A stretch of DNA of 55,487 nt, counting the filler, from Candidatus Woesearchaeota archaeon (GTDB lineage Archaea; Nanobdellota; Nanobdellia; Woesearchaeales; DATGWN01): the NCBI GenBank assembly GCA_047603125.1. It is 3 parts of 3 records of this genome, joined end to end, with 100 filler letters (N's around TTAATTAATTAA, not from the genome) between each part and the next. Parts side by side here need not be neighbours in the genome. Positions count along the whole stretch, not along the records: positions 1 to 18,618 come from JBLKOU010000018.1; 2 more parts are not named here. One strand, given 5' to 3'. Position 1 is the stretch's first letter; each line of letters begins with the position of its first letter. Position numbers and translations under genes: made by a program. Below are positions 9,007 to 16,947 of this stretch, one piece after another. A model generated the notes under the pieces. It was not told the origin of the DNA. It searched no databases and saw nothing but the letters and a program-made list of their open reading frames with translations.

Positions 9007-9059
9007 TATAAACTTAAGTTTATTATTATAAACTAAAATGAACAGTTATAAACTAAAAT
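9007..9059. promoter_or_regulatory. Operator array of the HTH-MNT/HEPN operon
   Basis: Perfect palindrome ATAAACTTAAGTTTAT (9008-9023); TATAAACT at 9007, 9027 and 9047 (20-bp period). Confidence 0.6.
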
Positions 9060-9577
9060 TTACAATGCTCGAGCAAGATATTATACAATTATTAGCACTT
9101 CGCTCAGGAGAAAAATTTAGTCAAAGAGAAATTGCAAAAATTCTCACTGTTTCCCCGACTGCCATTTCAAAGTCGATACCAAAATTAGAAAAAAGCACAT
9201 TGATTACAGTCGAAAAAACAAATATAACGCATTATGTTTCCTACAATACTTTTAATAAACAAGCCATAGAGCTCAAACGAGTGCAAAATCTGAGAATTAT
9301 ATATACGAGCGGACTAAAAGAATTTCTGTGTGAACATCTCGCAGGCTCCACCATTATTGTTTTTGGAAGCTTTTCAAAAGGTGAAGACACAAAAGATTCA
9401 GATATCGATATTGCCATTATTGGGAGAAAACCGAAAAAAATACCATTAGAAAAATATGAATTGAAAACTTTTCGAAAAATTAATCTTAATTTTTATAAAT
9501 CTTGGAATGATATACACATCCATTTAAAAAACAATATTTTGCAAGGCTTTGTTTTACATGGAAGTGTCCAATTATGA
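9038..9577 (+). CDS. wHTH-fused minimal nucleotidyltransferase (MntA-like antitoxin)
   Basis: SQREIAKILTVSPTAISK HTH; VFGSFSKGED...SDIDIAI. Confidence 0.9.
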   Translation: MNSYKLKFTMLEQDIIQLLALRSGEKFSQREIAKILTVSPTAISKSIPKLEKSTLITVEKTNITHYVSYNTFNKQAIELKRVQNLRIIYTSGLKEFLCEHLAGSTIIVFGSFSKGEDTKDSDIDIAIIGRKPKKIPLEKYELKTFRKINLNFYKSWNDIHIHLKNNILQGFVLHGSVQL

Positions 9578-9990
9578 AATCATTTGAAGAATATATAACT
9601 CTAGGAATCGTTCAAAAAATAACACCTGATAATAATAGAGCACAAAGTCTTTTACTAGAAGCTCATAGAAAACACACAACACTATTGAAAAACGCTCAAA
9701 GCCTAGGAATCAATGATGAAAACGCAAATGACTTTATAGAATACTCTTATAACAGCATAATGTTTCTTATTCGATCAAAACTCTTTTCCCAAGGGTACAA
9801 ATGTTCGGGACAGGGAGCGCATGAAGCCGAAGTATCTTTTACCTATCAATTGCAATTTACAGAATCACAAGTGAGATTTCTTGACGAATTACGATATTTT
9901 AGAAATGGAATTTTATATTATGGAAAACGCTTTGATGGGGAATACGCAAAAAAGTCCTCACGTTTACAAAACAGATTTTTCAAAAAGTGA
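9574..9990 (+). CDS. HEPN domain protein (Rx4Y variant)
   Basis: YSYNSIM, GAHEA, LRYFRNGILYYG; ATGA overlap with MNT; C-terminus possibly frameshifted at A6G 9948-9954. Confidence 0.85.
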   Translation: MKSFEEYITLGIVQKITPDNNRAQSLLLEAHRKHTTLLKNAQSLGINDENANDFIEYSYNSIMFLIRSKLFSQGYKCSGQGAHEAEVSFTYQLQFTESQVRFLDELRYFRNGILYYGKRFDGEYAKKSSRLQNRFFKK

Positions 9991-10119
9991 AATGATGAAG
10001 AATTGCCCCCTGAATTTTTCCAAAGGCTACACTTTTCAGGTATTTTAACAAATTTTAGTTGAACTAATATTTCAAAATTTTGAAAAAAAGTAAGTTTATT
10101 TTTAAATAATGGTGAATTA

Positions 10120-11010
10120 TCACTCCAAAACCAACTCTAATGGATACCGGTTTAAAACATGATACTTACCATTTGTAAAAACAAAAAAATCTTCTATACT
10201 CTCACCATATAATTGCTTTACTTGTGAAATCACATGCAAATAATCTTGCAAATCTTTTGAGAAAAAACCTATTCCTTGACCGCCATCATAATCAAAATAA
10301 AAGACAACACGATTTATTTTTGAGAGATCCATTCGTGTTTGTGTCTGTATATACAAGTACGAGACAGTGAGGTGCAACTTTTCAACTCCTGGTTGCGCTA
10401 AAAAGTAGAGAATGAGTTTATTTTGAATCATTTTGTCTTTTCTATATCTGATGACATCAATGCTTAAGCCAGTTTCTTTGTATAAGTCCATTACAGATTT
10501 TTTTGCACCGCCTTGAGCTAGAGCTTGAAAAATCTGAATATCTTCTTTTGTGAGTGTGTACGGTTGTTCCTTAGGCTGTTTTCTTTGTGGGAGCTGTAAG
10601 TCAAACAGAGAGAGTGATTTTGCATGGACTTTTTGTATGATAACTTCTTTTCGTTTTTGTGGAATGAGTGTTTCAAACTGTTTTGCTTGGTCTTCGTTTT
10701 GAAAAAAACACCACACTGTGTGTGTATATACACCAATAGTTTCAAATAGCGCAAGAACGAATGTTTGTTTGCTGAGAAGTTCTATTTGTGTGCTTGATAA
10801 ATCGCAAAAGTATTGTTTTTTGTGCAATGGTATAAGATTCCAATTGAGTACTGCGTCGTATCGCCAAATATAGCCCTCTTGTTCTAGTTTTTTTACTCGA
10901 TTAAACGCCGCAGGTTGTGTGATTTTGGCTAATTTAGCAAGTTCTTTACTCGTTATTGTCGCATCTTGGAATAACGCTTCTAAGATGATTTGGTCTTTTT
11001 GATCGAGCAT
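10120..11010 (-). CDS. Tandem (double) Lrp/AsnC-family transcriptional regulator
   Basis: LDQKDQIIL..L..DA...KELAK...AAFNRVKKLE and a second LTKEDIQIFQAL...ETGLSIDVIRYR HTH. Confidence 0.85.
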   Translation of the reverse strand: MLDQKDQIILEALFQDATITSKELAKLAKITQPAAFNRVKKLEQEGYIWRYDAVLNWNLIPLHKKQYFCDLSSTQIELLSKQTFVLALFETIGVYTHTVWCFFQNEDQAKQFETLIPQKRKEVIIQKVHAKSLSLFDLQLPQRKQPKEQPYTLTKEDIQIFQALAQGGAKKSVMDLYKETGLSIDVIRYRKDKMIQNKLILYFLAQPGVEKLHLTVSYLYIQTQTRMDLSKINRVVFYFDYDGGQGIGFFSKDLQDYLHVISQVKQLYGESIEDFFVFTNGKYHVLNRYPLELVLE

Positions 11011-11025
11011 ATCGTAATTTCGTTT

Positions 11026-11105
11026 CGTTTCTTTATAAATATTCCCGAATTTATAAGTTAAAATTGAATAAAACTTATCTACTTGTGATGACTACATATC
11101 AGTAA
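11026..11105. promoter_or_regulatory. Divergent promoter module, copy 1 (homologous to 14380-14458)
   Basis: CGTTTCTTTATAAATATTCCC-N-AA-N-TTATAAG-N17-TTAT...GTG...ACTAC...AGTAA. Confidence 0.7.
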
Positions 11106-11157
11106 CAACAAAAGTTGTTCGGTGAGCAAACACCGTAAAAAAGAGGAGAAAAAGAAA

Positions 11158-11616
11158 ATGAAAGAAAATTTGGAAAAAAAGATTTTAATTGTTGAAGAAG
11201 ACCAAAAAAGAATAGATAATTTGGTTAAATCCTTCGGGTCTCAAGTAGAAGTTGTTTATACTAACAGAATGTTAGTAGAACGTGGACTTGCACCAAAAAT
11301 ATATGATAATAATAATGAACAGATTACCGTAACTCCTGCAACTACTGAAGATGCTATCGCACAAGTTCTTAAACAAAAAGAATATGCGGTAATATTTATG
11401 GACGGACACCTCGGACTGAGAATTGGAGGAGAATATTTTGATGGAGGAGTTATTTCACAACGATTGCGAGATGGTGTGTATGGTGACATAAACAAAAATA
11501 CACCTATGTTCAATACAAGTTCTCATTATGATAACCCTCATGCAAAAGGGTGGATGAGTTTAGCATTTGAACTTGATGAACAACGAGAAAATAAGATTCA
11601 AGAATATTTAAAGTAA
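11158..11616 (+). CDS. Receiver (REC)-like domain protein
   Basis: KILIVEED, IFMDGHL, DGGV, TPMFNTSS; SD GAGGAG at 11143-11148. Confidence 0.6.
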   Translation: MKENLEKKILIVEEDQKRIDNLVKSFGSQVEVVYTNRMLVERGLAPKIYDNNNEQITVTPATTEDAIAQVLKQKEYAVIFMDGHLGLRIGGEYFDGGVISQRLRDGVYGDINKNTPMFNTSSHYDNPHAKGWMSLAFELDEQRENKIQEYLK

Positions 11617-11732
11617 AGATTTCTTGATTAGCGAGAAATTCTTTTTTTTACTTTAATTACTTCACAAAATACCGTGAAAACAACCTGAAAAAGAAAAGGT
11701 TTAAAAAGGATTATGGTTAAAAAAAATGTAAA

Positions 11733-13037
11733 ATGGCGTCAGTATATGCAATTAAAGAGCGCATTAAACAAGATTTGGAGTTCTTTGTTTGGCAATCTCG
11801 TTTTATAAAAACCGTAATTGCAGAACTAGAAAATCACATTAAAACATGCAAAGAAGAACCGTCCCACGCTACAAATCTGCAATCATATCTTACTGATATC
11901 AAAGGCAAATTCGAAAAAGCAAATAAAGCTCTTCTCGAGATTAATGAACACACAAAAAAGATTGAGGAACAAATTAAATATTTAGAGTCCTATAACATAG
12001 AATATCAAGATGATACTAAAAATACCAAAGAATACGTCGAAACACTGCAAAAAATACAAAGGCATTTACATAAGGACATTGAGCCAAATAATGCACAAGA
12101 GTCTACAGCTTTACGAAGTTTACTAGAAGCTTTGCGAATAGCAGAACAATCTCAAGATGCGCCAACACTCATTTTTAGCTCAGAGAAAATTTGTAAATTA
12201 TTGAAACAAATTCAATTATGGCTAGAGAGATATGTATTACGCGCATACACGTTTTTATTAAGGAAGCATTTTAAAGATCTTGACACCGTAATACTAAAAT
12301 TATTTGAGAAAAAAAATGAATCTTTGGAAACACTAAAAAACATGAGAGAGGATGCTCTTGGAACTTACCATTTTATAAAAAACAAGATCCCGCAGTTTCC
12401 AGAATTAGAACAACTTGAAAGATTGAGAAGCATACTTGTAATGAGTTTTCAACAGCACTTTGCTGCTGTTGTAGATGGAAAAAATAATCTCTGGATACGA
12501 TTAATTAATACTGCCTATCTATTAGAAGTTAAAGCAATTCTCTTATCAATAGAATTAAAAAATTCGGGAAAAATTGGTCACGATAAAATAGTTCAAGACT
12601 TAGGTCATTCTCTAGGTCAGACTACTAATATGCTTATTAGCCAATTTGTTGAAAGCGGGGGAGATGTGTCAAGATTAGATAAAAGTATTGTACGATTGGT
12701 GGAATTGGCAGCCAAAGGTTATGAAAAACATGGACGTTTTGAGACGGCATTTAGAATTTATTCAGACATCTCACTAAATCATAAAAAATTAGAAGGAACA
12801 AATTATCGGCGCGAACGTTTTCCAAATCTCACAAAAACTGTTTTTAATGAACAAGACGAACTGCGAAAAAACGAAGAAGATCGCAACGAATTTTTGCAAA
12901 TTGCAGAAGAAATAAAGAAATCCCCCATTATGCAAATAAATGCAGAACAAGAAGTGATTGCATTAACAACAGAACTCATAAAAATTCTCGATGAGAAGAT
13001 TAACGAATTAACTCATTTTTTAGAGACGGAACAATAA
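11733..13037 (+). CDS. Hypothetical alpha-helical/coiled-coil protein
   Basis: 434-aa E/K/L-rich ORF with no recognisable motif. Confidence 0.7.
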   Translation: MASVYAIKERIKQDLEFFVWQSRFIKTVIAELENHIKTCKEEPSHATNLQSYLTDIKGKFEKANKALLEINEHTKKIEEQIKYLESYNIEYQDDTKNTKEYVETLQKIQRHLHKDIEPNNAQESTALRSLLEALRIAEQSQDAPTLIFSSEKICKLLKQIQLWLERYVLRAYTFLLRKHFKDLDTVILKLFEKKNESLETLKNMREDALGTYHFIKNKIPQFPELEQLERLRSILVMSFQQHFAAVVDGKNNLWIRLINTAYLLEVKAILLSIELKNSGKIGHDKIVQDLGHSLGQTTNMLISQFVESGGDVSRLDKSIVRLVELAAKGYEKHGRFETAFRIYSDISLNHKKLEGTNYRRERFPNLTKTVFNEQDELRKNEEDRNEFLQIAEEIKKSPIMQINAEQEVIALTTELIKILDEKINELTHFLETEQ

Positions 13038-13044
13038 ATACATC

Positions 13045-14202
13045 TCACTCCAAAAAAAACTCAACACCTTCCGCAATAATTTTGTTCTTTGCTTTAGATG
13101 AATCAAATAATTTTTTTTGTTTCTCAGTCATCTCTTGACCGAATTTTGCTTCGATGAGTGTGTCGCCAAAATAAAAATCAATTTCTATTCCGTCTTTGTA
13201 CAAAAAATGAATAAATTCATTTGTTTCTGATTTTATTTTTAAGAAAACTAAATTCTCATAAATTGAACCCTTATCTTTAAACCCATGCGTGACATTTTTC
13301 AAACCAACATCTCCTGCATATAATTTTTTGGGACCTTTAATTCTCTCATTCAGTTTTCCAGTCATAGTTATTTGATAAAAGAGATACGTTTCTAAAAAAT
13401 ATGAGATATAGGTTTGAACTGAATCAACCGATATATTCAAAATATTAGCGAGTCTTGTGTAGCTTATGGGCTTACCAACTCGCTCAATAAGTAATGTAAA
13501 TAAGTCAAATACTGCCTCCGTGTTTCGTATAGCATATTTTGCGATAATATCTTTATAAATTATAGTTCTTGTTAAATCTGAAATATATGTAGGTTCTCTT
13601 TGTAAAACATATTCAGGAATACCTCCAAATTCCATATATTCTTCAAAATAGGATTTGTACAGTTGTGGATTACTTGGACTTATAGTGTAGTTTCTAAACT
13701 GTAAAAATTCGCAGAAATCTAAAGGCTCTATTTCAATATACCTTGCTCTTCCAGTTAAATATGCATGCGTATCTTTTAATTTTGTTGCCGAAGATGAAGA
13801 AACAAATATTTTTATGTTGCCTAAGTCATATAAGTTCTTTAACTCTTGTTGAAAATGTTCTTTAACCGTAATTTCATCTAAAAAAACATAGATCATCTCT
13901 TGCATTGTTATTTTCTGTATGGAACGATATTCTTGGATTATTTGATAAATAGTCATATTTTTTATTGAAAGCAAGTCCAAACTTATGTAGAATATATGTT
14001 TTTTTGAGACTTTTTGGAGTAAATGTTCGATAATTTGATATAAAAGAGTTGTTTTTCCAACACGCCTCAGACCTGTAAGGATAATGATGTCTTTTGTGTT
14101 AAGTAATGTTTTGAGTTTTTCAATATATTTTTTTCTCAGAATTGTATTTGTCTTATACGTTGTCTGCCACCAGGGATTAAACGGCGTAAAAATTTCTTTC
14201 AT
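13045..14202 (-). CDS. AAA_14/DUF4143 family ATPase
   Basis: FNPWW, GLRRVGKTT, VFLDEI, LTGR, GGIPE, KLYAGDVGL, EIDF...IEAK. Confidence 0.92.
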   Translation of the reverse strand: MKEIFTPFNPWWQTTYKTNTILRKKYIEKLKTLLNTKDIIILTGLRRVGKTTLLYQIIEHLLQKVSKKHIFYISLDLLSIKNMTIYQIIQEYRSIQKITMQEMIYVFLDEITVKEHFQQELKNLYDLGNIKIFVSSSSATKLKDTHAYLTGRARYIEIEPLDFCEFLQFRNYTISPSNPQLYKSYFEEYMEFGGIPEYVLQREPTYISDLTRTIIYKDIIAKYAIRNTEAVFDLFTLLIERVGKPISYTRLANILNISVDSVQTYISYFLETYLFYQITMTGKLNERIKGPKKLYAGDVGLKNVTHGFKDKGSIYENLVFLKIKSETNEFIHFLYKDGIEIDFYFGDTLIEAKFGQEMTEKQKKLFDSSKAKNKIIAEGVEFFLE

Positions 14203-14379
14203 GATAGACGTATATTGACGTTATTTATATAGGTATCGATTAGTAATCGACAAAAACCTGCTTTAATATCATTTACTAATCTACAAATAAGTTGCTATTG
14301 CCAATAGCTATAGTATTACTGTTATAGCTATTTCAAAAAGAGCTTTCGTAATCGTGCAGAATCAAAACCCTTCACCCCC

Positions 14380-14458
14380 CGTTTCTTTATAAATATTCCC
14401 AAACTTATAAGAAAAAAAGAAGATAATTTTATTTTAAAGTGTTACTACCCTTTAGTAA
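14380..14458. promoter_or_regulatory. Promoter module, copy 2 (homologous to 11026-11105)
   Basis: 21-bp exact match CGTTTCTTTATAAATATTCCC plus conserved downstream spacing and motifs. Confidence 0.7.
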
Positions 14459-14471
14459 GGGTAAATAACTC

Positions 14472-14852
14472 ATGAAAAATAAACGCATTGTACAAAACCT
14501 AACAAAGATTGGAAATACGCTTGCCAATAAGAAATTATTACGAAAGCAAACTGTTGATTCCCTCGTAGATCGAGCATTAAGCACAATGCAAGAAATTGGA
14601 GGAATTACTGGAATTTCAACGAGCAGTTATCAACCGATTCGAATCCATAACCACACAAATTCATATACAATTCCTATTCAGATGCAACCTTTTAACGAGG
14701 CGTCATCACTTGGAAAAAAAGCGTATGAATTTTTTGAAACGCTCACACAAAGAGCAGTGGAATACGGAGCAAGCAAAAGAAACATCGAATTTCATTTAGG
14801 AAAGGAGTATGCAAGTAAACATCACCCACCTGAATGGTTTAGAACATTATAG
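14472..14852 (+). CDS. Hypothetical protein
   Basis: 126-aa ORF immediately after the conserved promoter module. Confidence 0.6.
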   Translation: MKNKRIVQNLTKIGNTLANKKLLRKQTVDSLVDRALSTMQEIGGITGISTSSYQPIRIHNHTNSYTIPIQMQPFNEASSLGKKAYEFFETLTQRAVEYGASKRNIEFHLGKEYASKHHPPEWFRTL

Positions 14853-14865
14853 GAAAAAACAAAAA

Positions 14866-15480
14866 ATGAAAACAGTACAAGACATAGTAAGAGGAATTGA
14901 AAAAAGACTCAAACCAAATACAGAACTTGAACTTATTCCAGATAAAAAGGCAATTGAGATTGTTGATGGAGATGGATGTTCAGGATTTTGGGTAAATAAT
15001 ATATATGCACCCTTAGATAGAACGAATCCGAAGAAAACATACCAGGCAGACCTTCGCGTGTTAACGAATTCAAGAGTTCAACCATTAGAAGGAATTGCAC
15101 GATTAGAAGAAGTAGATATTGGCGTATATAAAAACGGTCAAGAAGTTGCTTTTGAGAAGTTTGACGGCTACAATGGAGTTGAATTAAATCCTGTTGGTGA
15201 AATCATGAGTCGATATGCTATTGAGTTTTTGGGAGATAGGGGAATTGATTTACGAAAAGATTTTGAATTTATTGCTGAAAATAATCCATTCTTTTTTCCA
15301 GAAGTTCGAAGGGATTTCCTGAAAGATAAAGATGCATATCAAGACGCAGGTATTAACATAGATTTAGCTTCTCGAAGAGTTGAAGTTTCATATGTGCCTG
15401 AAAGCATTGTTCAATTTCCCGCACACGAACGACTAAATAGAATCTTATCTACATATAACAGCTTACTTAAAGAAGAGTGA
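14866..15480 (+). CDS. Hypothetical acidic protein
   Basis: ATG 14866 after AGGA; followed by a T-tract. Confidence 0.7.
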   Translation: MKTVQDIVRGIEKRLKPNTELELIPDKKAIEIVDGDGCSGFWVNNIYAPLDRTNPKKTYQADLRVLTNSRVQPLEGIARLEEVDIGVYKNGQEVAFEKFDGYNGVELNPVGEIMSRYAIEFLGDRGIDLRKDFEFIAENNPFFFPEVRRDFLKDKDAYQDAGINIDLASRRVEVSYVPESIVQFPAHERLNRILSTYNSLLKEE

Positions 15481-15545
15481 GCTTTTTCTTTTTTTTACAC
15501 CTAACAGATGACCAAAATTATCGAATATTAACAACAAAGATAAAT

Positions 15546-16028
15546 CTAATCTTTAAACCAACTACCCTTTGCAAAGAGTTTCAAATAATCACAAATATAA
15601 ATACAAAGTAAAATGAAAGCCGCTAAAAGCACTAAAAAAACTAATTCAAAAAAGAAAATAAACGAAATACATAATAAAAATATAAAAAGAATAGTAACAT
15701 GAAAATAACTATAACTCATTACATAGATGAAAAGCAACAGCAAACTAAGACCTACAAAATAAAACGAAATTAGAGAATATTCTAAAATAACGAAGAGTAG
15801 CAGGCTAAACATAGCAAAAAACAGCATAGCGGTTAAAACATCCTCATTTACATGTTTTGTATTTTTTTGTTCGTAGAAAAATGCCATTATTATCAACACA
15901 ATAAGATAAATTTGGAAAAATTTTAGCACATTCTCCTCAGTTTCCGCAGTATTATGGATCAAACTTAGCACTAAAATGGACAAGGTAATAAGCAAACCTA
16001 AATAATAGCGATTTCTCGTCAAACTCAT
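15546..16028 (-). CDS. Polytopic membrane protein
   Basis: 160 aa, largely hydrophobic; 4-nt overlap with the upstream gene. Confidence 0.7.
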   Translation of the reverse strand: MSLTRNRYYLGLLITLSILVLSLIHNTAETEENVLKFFQIYLIVLIIMAFFYEQKNTKHVNEDVLTAMLFFAMFSLLLFVILEYSLISFYFVGLSLLLLFIYVMSYSYFHVTILFIFLLCISFIFFFELVFLVLLAAFILLCIYICDYLKLFAKGSWFKD

Positions 16029-16912
16029 CCAACATTCACCACTACAATACTCAACTCATCTTGGAGCTCCTTTGCTTTTTTTGTCAAGTCCCCAGTCGTA
16101 ATAAACAGAGCAGGTAGACGTAAAAGTTGTGCCCGAACAAAACACTGCGTCAAATCAGCATCAGATATTTTTTTCTTCTGTTTATACTTTGCAAAATACT
16201 TAAGTTCACCAATTTTTGTTCGAATTCGAACAATTACATCATATTCACTTGCCTTTCGCACGAGTTCATAAGCTTCTACAACAATATCTTGCTGTGTCAG
16301 CTTTTGTGCGAGATTACTCATCGTTTCATCTTCGAGTTGCGTGTTTGTCAGCGTTTTTTGTGGTGTCACTAATGTCGTCTGCTCTGGCGTGCTTGCGGGC
16401 TGCTCCTGTACAGGTTCTTTTGGCGGAACTTGCTCTTGTGGCACTTGTTCACGTGGAATCTCTTTGACTGTTTTTGGCGTGAGCCGTTCTCGCAACAGCG
16501 AAGAGGCCTCATCTGTTGAGAGCATATACCACATCCAGTATTGCTCCTGCCCATTTGTTGTTTTGACAGTAATTGGTATTGCAAAGTCTTTTATCGAGCG
16601 CATACAAGCTCTATGAAGCGGTGAGAGGTCATCGTCTCTGACAACCTTTTGTTCTTTGAGCATATCATATGCCTGCCTGTCTTTTTCATTGAGTTTAGGA
16701 TAGATTTTTTGGATTTGTTCCTTTTGATCGGGCAAATAATACAATGGCGAGCTTCCCCATTTGGCATGCGTATATTTGACTTTTTTTTGTGCAATCAAGT
16801 CGCTAAGCATCGCACCCACAATCATAGAATCTTTTTTCACAAGTGATGTTAATTCCGTAGGCAAAATTGGCCCACGCATTTTCATTATAGAAAGTATTTG
16901 ATCCTGGCTCAT
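16025..16912 (-). CDS. Hypothetical protein: N-terminal wHTH-like domains, Pro/Gln linker, C-terminal restriction-endonuclease-like fold
   Basis: GPILPTEL...GAMLSDL...GSSPLYY; C-terminal YDVIV...AKYKQKKKIS...ALFITTGDLTKKA. Confidence 0.7.
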   Translation of the reverse strand: MSQDQILSIMKMRGPILPTELTSLVKKDSMIVGAMLSDLIAQKKVKYTHAKWGSSPLYYLPDQKEQIQKIYPKLNEKDRQAYDMLKEQKVVRDDDLSPLHRACMRSIKDFAIPITVKTTNGQEQYWMWYMLSTDEASSLLRERLTPKTVKEIPREQVPQEQVPPKEPVQEQPASTPEQTTLVTPQKTLTNTQLEDETMSNLAQKLTQQDIVVEAYELVRKASEYDVIVRIRTKIGELKYFAKYKQKKKISDADLTQCFVRAQLLRLPALFITTGDLTKKAKELQDELSIVVVNVG

Positions 16913-16947
16913 AACAAAATAAAAAAGAGAAGTTTGTCTTTAAAAAA

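Noticed and set aside
10120..11010. Siroheme decarboxylase (AhbAB/NirDL) assignment for the double Lrp-like protein
   Set aside because: No heme-pathway context or HxYxR motif; the divergent promoter arrangement fits a regulator
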